Shown one piece after another: positions 19,901 to 32,150 of a DNA stretch of 32,150 nucleotides; the first letter of the stretch is position 1; every line of letters starts with the position of its first letter. Below the pieces are notes generated by a model. That model had not been told where the DNA came from, did no database searches, and saw nothing but the letters and a program-made list of their open reading frames with translations. The position numbers and the translations under genes were made by a program. Source of the DNA: Chiloscyllium plagiosum (Eukaryota); the NCBI RefSeq assembly GCF_004010195.1, contig NC_057719.1:31883525-31915674 (forward strand), read 5' to 3'.

Positions 19901-22077
19901 CAAATACTGACAATTCCAAATACGAGCTTTTATTAACAGCTAGCAAAAATAGACACAAACAAAACCAACACAGGTTGAACTTCATCCCCACAATATAAAT
20001 CAAATGCCAGCATTCTGACCATAGGGTCAACCAGATTCGTAACTCTGAGAACAGTCAGGAGTAGCATGTTCTGCAGATGAGGTCTCCATACAGTGAAGCA
20101 TGCAGCACCCTGATAATAAGGACCATGTCTCTATGATTCGCTCAGATTTAACCTCAGCATATGCATCTGTACATTACATCCAAAAAAGACTGCTTGGTAA
20201 AGCCCTTCCCAACCCAGACCCGCATCAACCAGGAAACTGACATTTGCTTTCAATAGAGTCTTTCCTTAGGTTATAGATAGTGAAGCGACGGTCTCCATCT
20301 TTCACAGCACTCCCAGAAGTTTCACAATTTATGTATTATTTTTGGCCAGTGTTCCTCCTTTTATATCATTGGCATCTCAGTAATGGTAACTTTAATGGCA
20401 ATGTTCAAACTGCAATGACCATTAGCATGGTGTGAATTACCTTTGACCAGCATTTGAATCATAAGCACAATCACTTTCTATGCATGTTGAGTATTGACTA
20501 AATGTTTGGAAATGAAATATCACTGCAGTTTGAAAATGCATGCTTTGTGTATTTGGCCCTTCATATTCTAGGGTTCAGTGGACATACATGCTGTGCTTTC
20601 AACTAACAACACAGGCACTGAGTCTGGCCATTCTCTCAGCATTTTGCATTTGCAGTTAATATCTAGAGAAGAGCAAGTGATGTCAGGGATCACAGCTCAG
20701 AGTGGACGTTATTAACACAGAGCTCCACTTGGTCACCAAGTTTCTCACAACATCTCCAAGTCCCTTTTTATATCGCTCGACTCTCTTAGCCCTTTTCCAC
20801 CCATCTCTACCACGTGAACCTTGTCTCTAACTGTCATCGCTGCTCCCTGAGCCCTGATGTACTCAAAAATGATGTCCACCTGGTCCTGCATGCTCTCACT
20901 ATGGGGGCCATGATGACGATTCCTCTAATAACTTTCCCTTACGTACTACACTCTCTGTACTGTCCTGCCTACCTCCCTTATGCCTTGACACTTGCCCCTA
21001 TCTAGTCTTTGACCCAACCTCAGCATATACCTCTGAGTTCTCTTCCTCAGATTTGACTGCCCCACCCCATTTTGGTACTGAACCCCTCTTTGACCTTGCA
21101 CCTTCCACAGTGATCAACACATGGACTCCTAGGACAGTATTCACCCCAGATCTCTGACAGAATTTGACAAACAGCTCCTATATAGGACTGATCAGACCCT
21201 TGACTGCTCCCTGTGCAGCTCCCTGACTGATGACCTGGGACTGCACCTTCTGATAGCCTGACAGGGCTGACGGTTACTCGATTCCTGGTTTCGTGACTGG
21301 ACAGATCCCCTTGATCACGATTAGCCTAGGCTGATGACTGACCGTACCAGTGCCCCTGGATAATGTGTGGCCTGTCCCCCTGACTGATGGTACAAGGAAC
21401 CTCTGATCAACAGCTGGATCATCTTCACTGAACTGAGGACTAGCCCTCAGCCACTTGCCAAAATATTTACATGGTTGAATAAACAAGCAGTAACTTTGCC
21501 ACCAAGGCAGCAGGCACATGTTGTGGGTGTTAGAGTCATGTATATGTGTGCTGCACATCAAGGTGACATGAGAATCCTATGGGTTTGTGGACAACTGGTG
21601 TTGCAGTTGGTGTGCATGAATGGTGCCCTGCATTTCTATTTCCCACTGAGTAACATTTGCAGCCAGTGGTGAGCTATCATTGCCAGGTTATAACTTCTAC
21701 GGTCAAGAATTTGTAGCATCTGGTTTATTCTGAATGGTTGAACAGTTTGGAACTGCATAATAAAGGTTGAGAGGAGCAGTTATAATGTTGATTACAGACA
21801 ACTCTTCCCTTTAATAGGCAGCTCACCTCTCCCTGCTGAGAATCTTGCCTTGACACCTGGAACTTGCTTAACAGATGCAGTGAGTTGCACTCGACTTTGA
21901 GGTAGTCTTCACCAGACTTCTCACTCAATTCTGCCATGTTTCCCACATAGCCTATATTATTGCGGCTCCTATAAGACCCTGACAAGAGTAATTGGATACG
22001 TAAAAGATTTCTTATTACTGCTCTATAATGTTTTACATTCGTTTGTGCTTCAGGTTAATATTTATATTTGCAGTGAG

Positions 22078-22226
22078 GAGGATGGTTAGTTTAGTTGACT
22101 GGATGGCAGTTTTGCAAGAATATGGGTTTAATTCTCACAGTAGTTGAGGTTACCATGAAGGAATCTCAACATTTCCCCTCACCTGAGGCATGGTTAAACA
22201 ACAACCAATCATCCCTCTCTAATGAG
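22078..22226 (+). mobile_element. Decayed tRNA-derived SINE (same family as 2928-3142)
   Basis: TGAGGTTACCATGAAGGA...CCCCTCACCTGAGGCATGG...CTCTCTAATGAG shared with the other copies. Confidence 0.7.
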
Positions 22227-22325
22227 GCTGTTTAGGACATTGATTAGGCCAATTTGGAATATTATGTGCAATTCTGGTCTCCCTCCTATCGGAAGGGTTC
22301 AGCAAAAGTTTACAAGGATGTTGCC

Positions 22326-24063
22326 GGAAGGAGGGCAGGTCTGAAGACCTCCTCGTGGGTCTGCTCCTGGGCCTGGCCAAACTGGCCATCAACAAGTCCA
22401 GGCAGCGGGCCGTGGAGGGGGTCGTTAGGGCCGAATGCCTGCCCCTCTTCCGCGGTTACGTTAGAGCCCGGGTGTCCTTGGAGAAGGAGCACGCGGCGTC
22501 GACCAACACCCTGGAGTTGTTCAGGGAGAGGTGGGCGCCACAGGGAGTGGAGTGCATCATTTCTCCCTCCAACTCTATTTTGATTTAGTCCCTACCCACC
22601 CCTCCACTGTTTTGATCACACAGCACTGNNNNNNNNNNNNNNNNNNNNNNNNNNNNNNNNNNNNNNNNNNNNNNNNNNNNNNNNNNNNNNNNNNNNNNNN
22701 NNNNNNNNNNNNNNNNNNNNNNNNNNNNNNNNNNNNNNNNNNNNNNNNNNNNNNNNNNNNNNNNNNNNNNNNNNNNNNNNNNNNNNNNNNNNNNNNNNNN
22801 NNNNNNNNNNNNNNNNNNNNNNNNNNNNNNNNNNNNNNNNNNNNNNNNNNNNNNNNNNNNNNNNNNNNNNNNNNNNNNNNNNNNNNNNNNNNNNNNNNNN
22901 NNNNNNNNNNNNNNNNNNNNNNNNNNNNNNNNNNNNNNNNNNNNNNNNNNNNNNNNNNNNNNNNNNNNNNNNNNNNNNNNNNNNNNNNNNNNNNNNNNNN
23001 NNNNNNNNNNNNNNNNNNNNNNNNNNNNNNNNNNNNNNNNNNNNNNNNNNNNNNNNNNTAAAAAGGTGGGCCCTGTATCGACTGCTGCTGCATACCGTCC
23101 ACCTCTTCTCCCTCATCCACCGTCCGGACACGCCTTGGCGTGCCCATTTGCCACCGGGCGGTGGGGATCCCCAGTGGAGGGCTCTCTACGCGGGAGTCCT
23201 CCCCCTTTCTCTCGGGGATCTGGGGTGGAGGGTGCTGCATGCAGCAGTCCCCTGCAACCGCAGGTTGCGGTGGTTCACGGACTCCTAGCCCAACTGCTTG
23301 TTCTGTGGCGCTGTGGAGTCCGTGGACCACGTGTATATTGGGTGTGGGCGTTTGCACTCCCTTTTTGATTTTCTGAAAAACCTTCTCCTCTGTTTTTGGC
23401 TGCACTTCAGTCCCACGCTCCTGATCTTTGGGCACCCGGTACGGAGGAAGGAGGGCAGGTCTGAAGATCTCCTCGTGGTTCTGCTCCTGGGCCTGGCCAA
23501 ACTGGCCATTAACAGGTTCAGGCAGCGGGCCGTGGAGGGGGTCGTTAGGGCCGGCTGCCTGCCCCTCTTCCGCGGTTACGTTAGGGCCCGGGTGTCCTTG
23601 GAGAAGGAGCACGCGGCGTCGACCAACACCCTGGAGTTGTTCAGGGAGAGGTGGGCGCCGCAGGGGGTCGTGTGCATCATTTCTCCCTCCAATTCTATTT
23701 TGATTTAGTCCCTACCCTCCCCTTCACTGTTTTGATCACACAGCACTGCCCTTTGATGTGAAGGGCAGTGTTTGTCACTGGCCAACCGGGTGTTTTCCTA
23801 TCTTCCTGGTGGTGGAATTTGAATAAAGATTCGTGCACTTTGTGTCTTTCACTGTGTCTCACACCTGCGCACACACACACCATGGGTGCTCGGGATAAAA
23901 TAAGCACTACCGCACTTAGGTGGTAGTAAATAAAAAAAATATATATATAAATAGGGATTCACACAGCACTGCCCTTTGATGTGAAGGGCAGTGTTTGTCA
24001 CTGGCCACTTGAGTGTATGTGTGTGCAAAGGAAAAAAAGAAAGAAAAAAAAAGAAAAAAAAAA
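22326..24063 (+). mobile_element. Composite Tx1-clade insertion (two ORF2 3' ends plus an extra 3' UTR piece) with a poly(A) tail and a 14-bp TSD
   Basis: ACAAGGATGTTGCC at 22312-22325 and 24064-24077. Intact C-terminal ORF2 frame CLFCGAVESVDHVYIGC...FRERWAPQGVVCIISPSNSILI*. A tail at 24032-24063. Confidence 0.88.
22629..23058. other. Assembly gap (430 N)
   Basis: Run of N. Confidence 1.
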
Positions 24064-24799
24064 ACAAGGATGTTGCCAGGGTTGGAGTATTTGAACTATA
24101 GGGCTAAATAGGCTGGGGCAAAGTGTGGATTGTGTATGGAATGAACTGCCAGAGGAAGTGGTGGAGACTGGTGTATTTACAATATTTAAAAGACATCTGG
24201 AATGATATATGAATAGCAAGGGTTCAGGCGGATAAATGGGCCAAGTGCTGGCAAATGGGATGAGATTTGTTTAGGGTACCTAGTTGGCCTGTACAAATTG
24301 GACTAAAAGATCTGTTCCCATGCTGTACATCTTTATGACAAAGCAGACCTGTGGTCTGGTAGGATTAGGGTGACTTTGCCTTTTATATCTGCAGTATTTT
24401 CCAGTTCATAAACTTGTGATTAAGTATTCTAATGTCTTTCTACAATTCAGATAATTGACTTGATCTCAAGCATTCTGAACTGGGGCGGTTAGAGTGTTGT
24501 AAGAATTGTCCAAAAAAAAGAACCTTTTTTTAATTTTTGAAACCTCTATAGACTTTGGAGTTTCATTTGAGTTTTTTTGAGACTGGATTGGTAAAGTGGA
24601 AATAGAAGTACTTAACCTTCATGTTTGAAGTGTCCTTCTATTACTAAATGCAGTCCTAACTTCCCTCTGCAAGTTTAATACATGTTTACACTTTAAATGA
24701 AGTGACATGCTCTAATTTCTTGAAAGTCACAGGCATTTGACAGCAAGATTCTACTTCTCATAGTCTAAGTGCTGTCCAAACATTTGTGCAGATTCCCAA

Positions 24800-25140
24800 T
24801 TCATGAATTCCTACAGTGTGGAAGCAGATTGTTCTGCCCATAGAACCCACGCTGAGCCTCTGAAGAGCATCCCACCCAGTCCTAAGCTATCCCTGTATGT
24901 CCTGTGGCTAATCCACCTAGTTTGCACATCCTTGGACACTATGGGCAATTTAGCAAGGCCAGTCCACCTAAGCTGCACATCTTTGGACTGTGGAAGGAAG
25001 CTGGGGCACCTAGAGGGAGCTCTCATAGACACAAGGAGAATGTGCAAACTCCACACAGATTGCCACCCGAAGCTGAAATCAAACCTGGGTCCCTGGTGCT
25101 GAGGCAGCAATGCTAACCATTGAGCCACTGTGCCATCCCA
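24800..25140 (-). mobile_element. HE1/V-SINE-type tRNA-derived SINE
   Basis: GGCACAGTGGCTCAATGGTTAGCATTGCTGCCTCA...GTGTGGAGTTTGCACATTCTCC...TCCAAAGATGTGCAG..GCTAAATTGCCC with a CR1-like tail. Confidence 0.88.
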
Positions 25141-25814
25141 ACATGAATTGACCCTCATTTGCCAGATATTCCTCTGGCATTTACACACTAATAAAGGCAT
25201 CTGTATTAAACTTGGTGTTATTTTCTCAGCAAATTCTAGGCCATTCATATTTTAACCAAATAAAGGCTCATTTTTACCCGGTGAGTGAATTACTTGTCAA
25301 TAAAAGTTCATGATAATATTTCTTCTCTGTTCCACACTATGAAGCCATTTGAGACAAGAAGGATCATTTTGCTTTGAGCAAAATGTAAATTTGTTTTGCT
25401 ATTTCACACTCCAATCACATACACCTTACAGAAAGTCTTCATTAAGCTTAGCTGTTATACATGATGGATGAATATTGTGCGTGGGTATCTTGAAGTGCCA
25501 AGTGGTAGCGCATGGATGAAAATAGCCGTATTTTTAGTCTAAATAAAATAATCCTGTTGAATAAACAATATGAAATTTATTGCACTTCTGTAACTATTTC
25601 AAATTTCATGAATATAACCTACATTACTACGGAGCCTAATAGGAGGACATTAACCTCAACTCTGTCCCATATCAATTACAACTTTACTCTCATGACATCA
25701 TCACAGTGGATGGTAATTACTGCACTACATCAAGTATTAACCCTTTTAGACTACAAAACAAATGTTAGAAAGGTTTGGTGAATAGAATATTTATTGTGCC
25801 TTGTACCTGTCAGA

Positions 25815-26138
25815 AGTAGTAGTTAGCACTACTACCTCAAAGACCTGGGTTCAATTCCAGCCTAGGGTGACTATCTGTGCAGAGTTTGCACATTCTCCCC
25901 ATGTTCACGTGGATTTCCTCCGGATGCTCCAGTTTCCTCCCACGATCCAAAGATATGTGGGTTAGGTGAATTGACCGTGCTAAATTGCCCAGGTGTGAGT
26001 TAGGTGCATTAGTCAGGGATAAATGTAGAGTAAAAGGGGAGGGGAATGGGTTTGTGTGGGTTACATTTCAGAGGGCTAATGTGGACTTGTTGGGCCAAAT
26101 GGCCTGTGTCCACACTGTCGGGGTTCTAAGATTCTAAG
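25815..26138 (+). mobile_element. HE1/V-SINE-type tRNA-derived SINE
   Basis: GGGTTCAATTCC B-box, GAGTTTGCACATTCTCCCC V-domain-like core, GGGCCAAATGGCCTG stem and a TTCTAAGA repeat tail. Confidence 0.88.
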
Positions 26139-28232
26139 TAACAAAAATGTGCTTTGCTGTGTTAAAATGAGACATAAGGTTGTGGCAATGAATCATATAA
26201 TTCATTAAAAATTTTGTTGGATTTACTTATTTGTGAAATTTTAACAATGTGACCTGATGTAAGAATCTGCGTATAGGACTTGCAAGTCTATGCCAGGAGC
26301 CAGTGTTGAGGAAATGTAAAATGTCCTTTGAGAGAAGACAGCATCAGCCGGCATCTTCAGTTGCTCAAGAGGTAAAACTACAATCAACTGGGATGAGAGA
26401 AAATATGTGAGGGTCCCAAGTATAATCTGGGGAAGTGGAGAATTTTGCTGAGGGATTTGCAGGACTATTGAAGAAGGAAGTCAACATGCATCAAAGGAAG
26501 AAGACTGCACTCGGGGAAAATCAGAGAATTTAAAAGCAGCTGCTAAAGTGGAACTGAGATTGTTCATCTGGCTGTGTCTGGAGTAATTGTCAATAAAGGA
26601 ACTCAAAACTGAAAGCTGATTTTATTGGAAACAGATAAAATTGAGCATCTATTTATTTATTCATCTGTGATGTACTTATTAGATGCAATATCAGATTGGA
26701 TAATTGAATGTGTTACATACTGCTTGCAATGTCATATTAATTTTTAAAGTGAATTTGTAGAATGGGGCTTTGTTGGTAAGACCATTATTTATGGTCTATC
26801 CTAGTCGCCCTTTATCAATTAGTTGAAACTATAGGTGAGTGATGGATGAATGTGGGGCATGACAGGATATGTGGTTCTAAAGTGTGCAGTAAGTCTGCCT
26901 ACAGAGCTAACCCTTCTGACACCCCTTTGAGTAGCCCCAATCTTCACCAGAATCTTTCTGAAACACTTGATGCAACATTGCCACCAGAATCAGTTACCCT
27001 ATCTCAAGCCATTTGAAACTGTCAGGAGTGGAAATGGTCACTTATCTCAAGCACATTGTCTCAACGATAATGACAACTGGACAGATACAATAATTACCAA
27101 AGAGTGACCTTTAGCTGATTTTGAACATTGGTCTGGCAATGAAGTGGAGTAAGTCTAGTTGCTGAGCCATACATTCACACAGTAATAGAATCACCGACTC
27201 TTCTCTGTGTATGTGACTTGGACTGTCAAGAAGCTCATATTTATGGCTTTATTGTAAACAAATCAGAGTCTACTGCCACTGACTTTTTTACACCACCTTT
27301 TTACATCATCATAATCTTGTTGCTGTTTAAATAATCCCATGTGTGTAATTCCCTTAGACCAGTTGCTGATATCCAAGTAACTGACTGTATAGGTCTCCAG
27401 TGCCGATTTGAGCTGGTCTATTAGTGGCTGGTAGTAACAAAAGCATGGAGAGCATTTATTTTCTTTATTACTGCTTGCTGTCCTGTTCTTTTTGTGAACC
27501 AAGTCTGAAGATAATGCTGAATTACGATGCACACCTCAGTAACCTCAACTGGGCTGAGCCTGAGTCTTATCAAACACTATGGGGTTGAAACAGCAACTGG
27601 GAATGTTCCTGGTCAAAAATGGCACTCAGGAATGTTCCTGGTCCTGAACTTGTCAGAGGCATTGGTTGGAATTTGAATTAGGGCACCCTGTTAATTGTTA
27701 TAGGATGAAGTCCCATCTCAGGAAGCCTCTCAAACTTAAAAGGACAATTAGAGGCTTCCAGCTTCTAGAGATGAAGCACTTAACTACAGTAAACAGTATT
27801 TAGTTGAGAGGGTGCTTCAAGATGAAGTTGCCCTTCAGTTATCTTTTTTATAAAAAGTTCAATCCAAACCAGAGGAAGCAGCCAAACTACTATAGGGGTA
27901 CAACTGAGAGAAGGGGGAGGGTGGCAGAGCACAGAGACCTATATTGGTTGTGTTTGATTAGATCCACACACATGCAGAGAGAAGGCCCTTAACCTGGCTT
28001 AGTGTGTTAACGCCTTGACCCACATGCCCTCGTCCAGGCTGGTTATATTTACCATTGTTAGCTTCCATTACTTACAAGGCTCTTACTTAAAAGGCATGTT
28101 ACATGGGATTGATAGCCTTGTCGGGCTTAGAAATTGCATCACCAAAACGGCTAATGTTGCAAAATAGGCATATTGACTGACGTTGTAAATATTCAGCCCC
28201 TTTCCTGATGTTGTTGGTGATTGAAGATCAAG

Positions 28233-28346
28233 GCTTCTCAACCTCTCCCCTCACCTCAAGCATGGTGACCCTCCGATTAATCCAACATCATTTGTCTCTC
28301 CAGTGAGAGAGCAGCCTTATGGTCTAATAATGCTATGGTGACTTTA
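28233..28346 (+). mobile_element. 3' half of the tRNA-derived SINE family seen at 2928 and 22078
   Basis: CTCAACCTCTCCCCTCACCT..ATGGTGACCCTC...GAGAGAGCAGCC.TATGGTC...CTATGGTGACTTT. Confidence 0.7.
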
Positions 28347-28714
28347 TTATTATCCATAGTGCACTAATGCTGAAGATCAGCTTGACACTCGCCGTTCTTT
28401 GGTGAGCTTCAGAAACATGGGACTGGATTTGACTGGCTTACATCATGTTAAGTCTGTTATAATTTGGAAATTAGCAAACACTGTCGTTTGCTTCTACACA
28501 GTGCTATAGCTTCAAAGTCATGAGTTTTAATAGCTAAAAGCAGTTGCTTTTAATCAGAATTGTAAAAACAATAAGACACACATGCTCACTATGCAAATGA
28601 AGTACATAATCACTCATAATTAATTTCAGTTCTTTTTTGATCCGAGAAACTGCATAATACACATTCAAGTCTCACTGTCTTCATTGGGCCAACTAAGCTA
28701 TCTTCATAAATTAA

Positions 28715-29762
28715 AACATAAGAACATCATAAATAGGAGCAGAAAAGGAGCATTCAGCCTTCTAAGCCTGCCCCTCTTTTTTATAAGATCATGACTGATC
28801 AGCCCCATTCCTCAACTATTTTACAGCAGCTCCTCATGGTCCTCAACTCCCTATATTTCAGAAATCTATCTACCTCCTCTTTAAATACTTCAGGTGATGC
28901 AGTCTCCACAACACTCTTGGGTAGAGAACTCCAGACATTTACTGGCCTCTGGGAGAAGAAATTCCTTCAGATTTCAGTTTTAAATGAATGTTCCTTTGTT
29001 CCATAATTATATTCCGTCATTCAAGATTCCCCCAATAGTGAAAATATCTTCTCAAAATCTATCTTGTTCTGTCTGCTCAGAATCATGTATGTTTCAATAA
29101 GATCACAACTCATTCTTCTAAACGTTAATGAACAAAGGCCTACTCAGTTTAGTTGGTCTTGATACATCAACTCCATCATCCAAAGAATCTGCCCTAATAA
29201 ATCTCTTTTGAACAGCCTGAAATGTCATTTTATCTCTTTGCAAACATGGGGATGAAAGCTGTATACCTCACCAACATCCTGTTCAGAATAATAAGACTTC
29301 TCTGTTTCAAAATGCAACCCTAACCAATTAAAGCTAAAATTCCTTTTGCCTTTTTAATTACTTGCTACACCTCCATGCTGACTTTTTATGTTTCATACAT
29401 AAGAACACCTAGATCCATTTTATTAATCTCTGCCTTTTGAAGTGCATGATTTCATCTTTTCCTATATTACACTCCATGCGCCAGGTTTTCATCCACTCAT
29501 TCACCGTTTCTATATCCACGTGCAGTTTCCTTGTGTCCTCGTCGCAATGTCCTCATTCAGCAACTTTTGATACATTACATTCTGTCCCCTTTTCCAAGTC
29601 TTTAAATACATAGTAAGTAACTGAGGACCTAGAATTGATCCTTGTGGTACTCCACTAATTGCATCTTTTCATCTGGAAAAGACCATTAGTCCTGACTCTC
29701 TGCCTCTGCATATTAATTAATCCCCAATCCGTGCTAATACATTGTTCCAATATTGCGAGTGC
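28715..29762 (-). mobile_element. Decayed CR1 LINE 3' region
   Basis: AACATAAGAACA..AATAGGAGCAG tail, GGGTAGAGAACTCCAGACATT..GAGAAGAAATTCCTT, and the RT-region GATCCTTGTGGTACTCCACT. Confidence 0.8.
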
Positions 29763-29810
29763 CTATAAGACCATAAGATGTCAGCATAGAAACAGGCCAT
29801 TCAGCTGATT

Positions 29811-31069
29811 AGGTAAAAACAATGACTGCAGATGCTGGAAACCAGATTCTGGATTAGTGGTGCTGGAAGAGCACAGCAGTTCAGGCAGCATCCGAGGAGC
29901 AGTAAAATCGATGTTTTGGGCAAAAGCCCTTCATCAGGAAAAAAGGCAGAGAGCCTGAAGCATGGAGAGATAAGCTAGAGGAGGGTGGGGGTGGGGAGAA
30001 AGTAGCATAGAGTACAATATGTGAGTGGGGGAGTGGATGAAGGTGATAGGTCAGGGAGGAGGGTGGAGTGGATAGGTGGAAAAGAAGATAGGCAGGTAGG
30101 ACAACTCATGGGGACAGTGCTGAGCTCGAGGTTTGGAACTAGGGTGAGGTGGGGGAAGGGGAAATGAGGAAACTATTGAAGTCCACATTGATGCCCTGGG
30201 ATTGAAGTGTTCCAAGCGGAAGATGAAGTGTTCTTCCTCCAGGCGTCTGGTGGTGAGGGAACGGCGGTGAAGGAGGCCCAGGACCTCCATGTCCTCGGCA
30301 GAGTGGGAGGGGGAGTTGAAATGTTGGGCCACAGGGCAGTGTGGTTGATTGGTGCGGGTGTCCCGGAGATGTTTCCTAAAGTGCTCTGCTAGGACACGTC
30401 CAGTCTCCCCAATGTAGAGGAGACCGCATCGGGAGCAACGGATACAATAAATAATATTGGTGGATGTGCAGGTAAAACTTTGATGGATGTGGAAGGCTCC
30501 TTTAGGGCCTTGGATGGAGATGAGGGAGGAGGTGTGGGCGCTAGTTTTGCAATTCCTGCGGTGGCAGGAGAAGGTGCCAGGATGGGAGGGTGGGTTGTAG
30601 GGGGGTGTGGACCTGACCAGGTAGTCACGGAGGGAACGGTCTTTGCGGAAGGCGGAAAGGGGTGGAGAGGGAAATATATCCCTGGTGGTGGGGTCTTTTT
30701 GGAGGTGGCGAAAATGTCGGCGGATGATTTTGTTTATGCGAAGGTTGGTAGGGTGGAAGGTGAACACCAGGGGCATTCTGTCCTTGTTACAGTTGGAGGG
30801 GTGGGGTCTGAGGGCGGAGGTGCAGGATGTGGACGAGATGCATTGGAGGGAAGGGAAATAGCGGTCTCTAAAGAAGGAGGCCATCTGATGTGTTCTGTGG
30901 TGGAACTGGTCCTCCTGGGAGCAGATATGGTGGAGGCGGAGGAATTGGGAATACGGGATGACATTTTTGCAAGAGGGAGGGTGGGTAGAGGTGTAATCCA
31001 GGTGGCTGTGGGCGTCGGTGGGTTTGTAAAAAATATCGGTGTCAAATCGGTCGTCATTAATGGAGATGG
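29811..31069 (-). mobile_element. Penelope-like element 3' part: RT C-terminus, GIY-YIG endonuclease and terminal repeat
   Basis: TDIFYKPTDAHSHLDYTSTHP..IPYSQFLRL, FTCTSTNIIYCIRCSRCGLLYIGETGR.LAEHFRKH..PVAQHFN (ORF 30051..30884), and a pLTR at 29811-29960. Confidence 0.93.
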
Positions 31070-31437
31070 TTCAAGGTGTGACTTAATACATTGAGATTGA
31101 ATTAACAATGTTAGGGTTTATCTATTAGGTTGGCTTATCTGTTAATCTGATTTAACAGCTGGTTACAATATGCCTGGGTCAGTAATGATGATGATCATGG
31201 GAAATTTGGTGGGGAACAATGATACCAAGATTATAAATGTGAAAACTTTAGAAATTAAAATGATAAAATAGAGGAATCTGCAAGCGTTCCAGAAGAGTGG
31301 AATAGATGAATAGTTGGTCACCAATAGAGTAGCAAAAGTAAGGAAAAGGTAAAGGAATGATAGGTACAAGCAAGGACTTCAAAAATAGGATGAGCAGCAG
31401 ATGACCATGGAAAGAATTAAAAACAGGCACAAGATAC

Positions 31438-32150
31438 AGGCTCTCTGCCTGTATTCCTGATGAAGGGCTTTTGCCCGAAACATCCATTTTACTGCTCCTC
31501 GGATGCTGCCTGAACTGCTGTGCTCTTCCAGCACCACTAATCCAGAATCTGATTTCCAGCATCTGCAGTCATTGTTTTTACCTCGTTGATTTTAACCCTA
31601 CTGCGAATCCTCTTGCAAGGATGCCTGGCTTGAAGAAGTTTTCCTCCTCTCTCTACAAGAATCTCAGGGAGTCCCTCTCCCACTGCAACTCCCAGGTCAT
31701 ATCCTCTGCCCTGAAGCTCTTCAACCATGTCCTGAAACAAACTCGCTACCACAGCCACATTTGCTTCCTCAGTGCCTGCCTCTGTAACCAACTCATCCCA
31801 CACGAACTTCGGACCACCTTTAAACCAGCAGAGTTCGGACCCAAATAGGACAAACAGTACAGACTACAGATTCAAAACCACCAGCAACAGTTCTCCTTCA
31901 AGATCCTCTGCTCCACGCTTGCAGCAATGCGCCAGCACCTAACCTCTCTACAATCTGCCCTGCCTCAGCTGAGGGCCACACTCTCTCAGAATTGCAAAGG
32001 ACCCACTCTGTACTACATCATCAGGAGAATTCATACTGTCAACAAACAGTATTTTAACTCAATCTCAAACATCAAAAACTGTAAGTACAACAAACTTTTA
32101 TCTACCCATTTCCATAACCAGCGCTCCTCAAACATTCCAGAAGATTCCCC
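31438..32150 (+). mobile_element. Penelope-like element 5' part: terminal repeat with hammerhead-like core, then ORF N-terminus (ATG 31621, in-frame stop at 31846-31848); runs off the window
   Basis: 31438-31583 is the inverted copy of 29811-29957. CTGATGA-AGGGC-TTTT-GCCC-GAAAC at 31457-31481. The reading frame continues past the stop to the window edge. Confidence 0.85.

Larger units (their letters stand above)
22227..24340 (+). mobile_element. CR1 LINE 3' fragment (22227-22325 and 24064-24340) split by a Tx1 insertion
   Basis: LIRPIWNIMC / EYYVQFWSPSYRK...FTRMLP continues after the insertion as AGGGTTGGAG...TGGAATGAACTGCCAGAGGAAGTGGTGGAG. Confidence 0.8.

Noticed and set aside
22531..23612. 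Long ORFs of 171-345 aa
   Set aside because: Artefacts of translating through the N gap or antisense to Tx1.
24811..25248. 145-aa ORF
   Set aside because: It is a translation of the HE1-type SINE.
27600..27643. 15-bp direct repeat GGAATGTTCCTGGTC and a possible old LTR around 27540-28050
   Set aside because: Only two copies, and no termini, PBS or TSD could be identified.

Overview
Eukaryotic, repeat-dominated genomic DNA with one 430-nt assembly gap and no intact host gene. The repeat content (HE1/V-SINE-type SINEs, CR1, L2, Rex1/Babar, Tx1 and Penelope retroelements) points to a cartilaginous fish, probably a shark; this is an inference. (1) 1-1390, minus strand: the 5' end of a young-looking class I (HERV-I/HERV-IP-like) endogenous retrovirus. 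It has an LTR, a perfect tRNA-Pro PBS, a splice donor, six 73-bp leader repeats and the start of gag. Five upstream repeats carry the gag start context with ACG, and only the gag-proximal one has ATG. The provirus is inserted into a decayed Gypsy gag. (2) About 2100-12700: a head-to-tail chain of Tx1-clade LINE derivatives and other A-tailed pieces, separated by nine copies of one ~14-nt motif that is the TATA region of the Gypsy LTR. This pattern suggests repeated sequence-specific insertion into an LTR promoter. (3) A pristine-looking 137-nt NPC1L1 coding fragment sits inside a Tx1 ORF1 between identical direct repeats; it is either a capture or an assembly chimera. (4) A 1.4-kb orphan retroposed non-coding segment with an 11-bp TSD, Penelope elements with hammerhead-like cores, and a Penelope-end/SINE chimeric insertion. 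The rest is old LINE/SINE debris and unannotatable intergenic or intronic DNA. Family assignments come from motif recognition by eye, not from database searches. Boundaries of old repeats are approximate.
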